Shown here: positions 37,140 through 37,473 of the stretch, piece after piece
Layout of the letters: the number at the start of each line of letters is the position of its first letter
Numbering within the stretch: position 1 is the stretch's first letter
Assembly: GCA_018303785.1 (NCBI GenBank)
Contig: JAGVXM010000014.1
Span: 1 to 37,473 of the forward strand
Reading direction: 5' to 3'
Length of the DNA stretch: 37,473 nt
DNA from: Candidatus Pacearchaeota archaeon
GTDB lineage: Archaea > Nanobdellota > Nanobdellia > Pacearchaeales > GW2011-AR1
Program-made: the position numbers and the translations under genes
Notes under the pieces: model-generated
Database searches by the model: none
Told to the model about the DNA's origin: nothing
Seen by the model: the letters and a program-made list of their open reading frames with translations, nothing else

Positions 37140-37472
37140 CTATTTATGAAAATATTTTTTATAGTTAAGTTTTAATTCCATTTTATATGCATCTTCAGGC
37201 GTTTCATCGTAAAAATTTTTTAGAATTTTTGTTGCTTTAAATCCTTGTTTTCTTAGAAATAACTGCGCTGGGAGATTCGTTTCTCTTATTTCTATAATAA
37301 TTCTATCCCTTAGAGATGATGCATTACGTACAAGTTTATTAACAAGAGAGGCGCCAATGCCTTGTCTTCTATGATCCGGGTGAACGGCAAGATTCCAGAG
37401 ATATACACTTTTTCTCCTAAATTCATAAATTATGAATCCATTAATTTTTTTATCTTGCCGATAAATCCCTCC
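37140..37472 (-). CDS. GNAT acetyltransferase, RimI-like (5' end outside the window)
   Basis: Manual translation: ...GFIIYEFRRKSVYLWNLAVHPDHRRQGIGASLV...EIRETNLPAQLFLRKQGF...NFYDETPEDAYKM. Confidence 0.88.
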   Translation of the reverse strand, partial: GGIYRQDKKINGFIIYEFRRKSVYLWNLAVHPDHRRQGIGASLVNKLVRNASSLRDRIIIEIRETNLPAQLFLRKQGFKATKILKNFYDETPEDAYKMELKLNYKKYFHK

Positions 37473-37473
37473 T

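Overview
AT-rich, gene-dense archaeal chromosome segment. The informational genes (Alba, S17e, L15e, TBP, TFE, MCM, ATP-dependent DNA ligase, Nre, tRNA-Ile-GAT) sit alongside compact bacterial-type LeuRS/AlaRS/MetRS, a combination that suggests a DPANN (Pacearchaeota/Woesearchaeota-like) organism; this taxonomy is inference. The first ~4.6 kb looks like one arm of a cargo-carrying IS6-like transposon. It holds a SWIM + Zn-ribbon + HTH transposase that runs off the window and is missing from the ORF track. Divergently transcribed from it are an AbrB-like and a wHTH regulator with visible operator candidates, a possible degenerate TGT-fold protein, an EcoRI-family adenine methyltransferase and a DUF262-HNH nuclease, and the arm ends in a tandem pair of ...CTTGACA... 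terminal-repeat-like motifs. Other highlights are a LeuRS carrying an intact alpha/beta-hydrolase and a second unknown domain inserted in the editing region, an endonuclease V with altered catalytic residues, a second AbrB gene with a GTATATAC box array, a folded palindromic element/uORF in front of an HTH-TM-beta-propeller fusion, and a full-length DisA-type diadenylate cyclase. All family calls are by eye from motifs; no searches were run.
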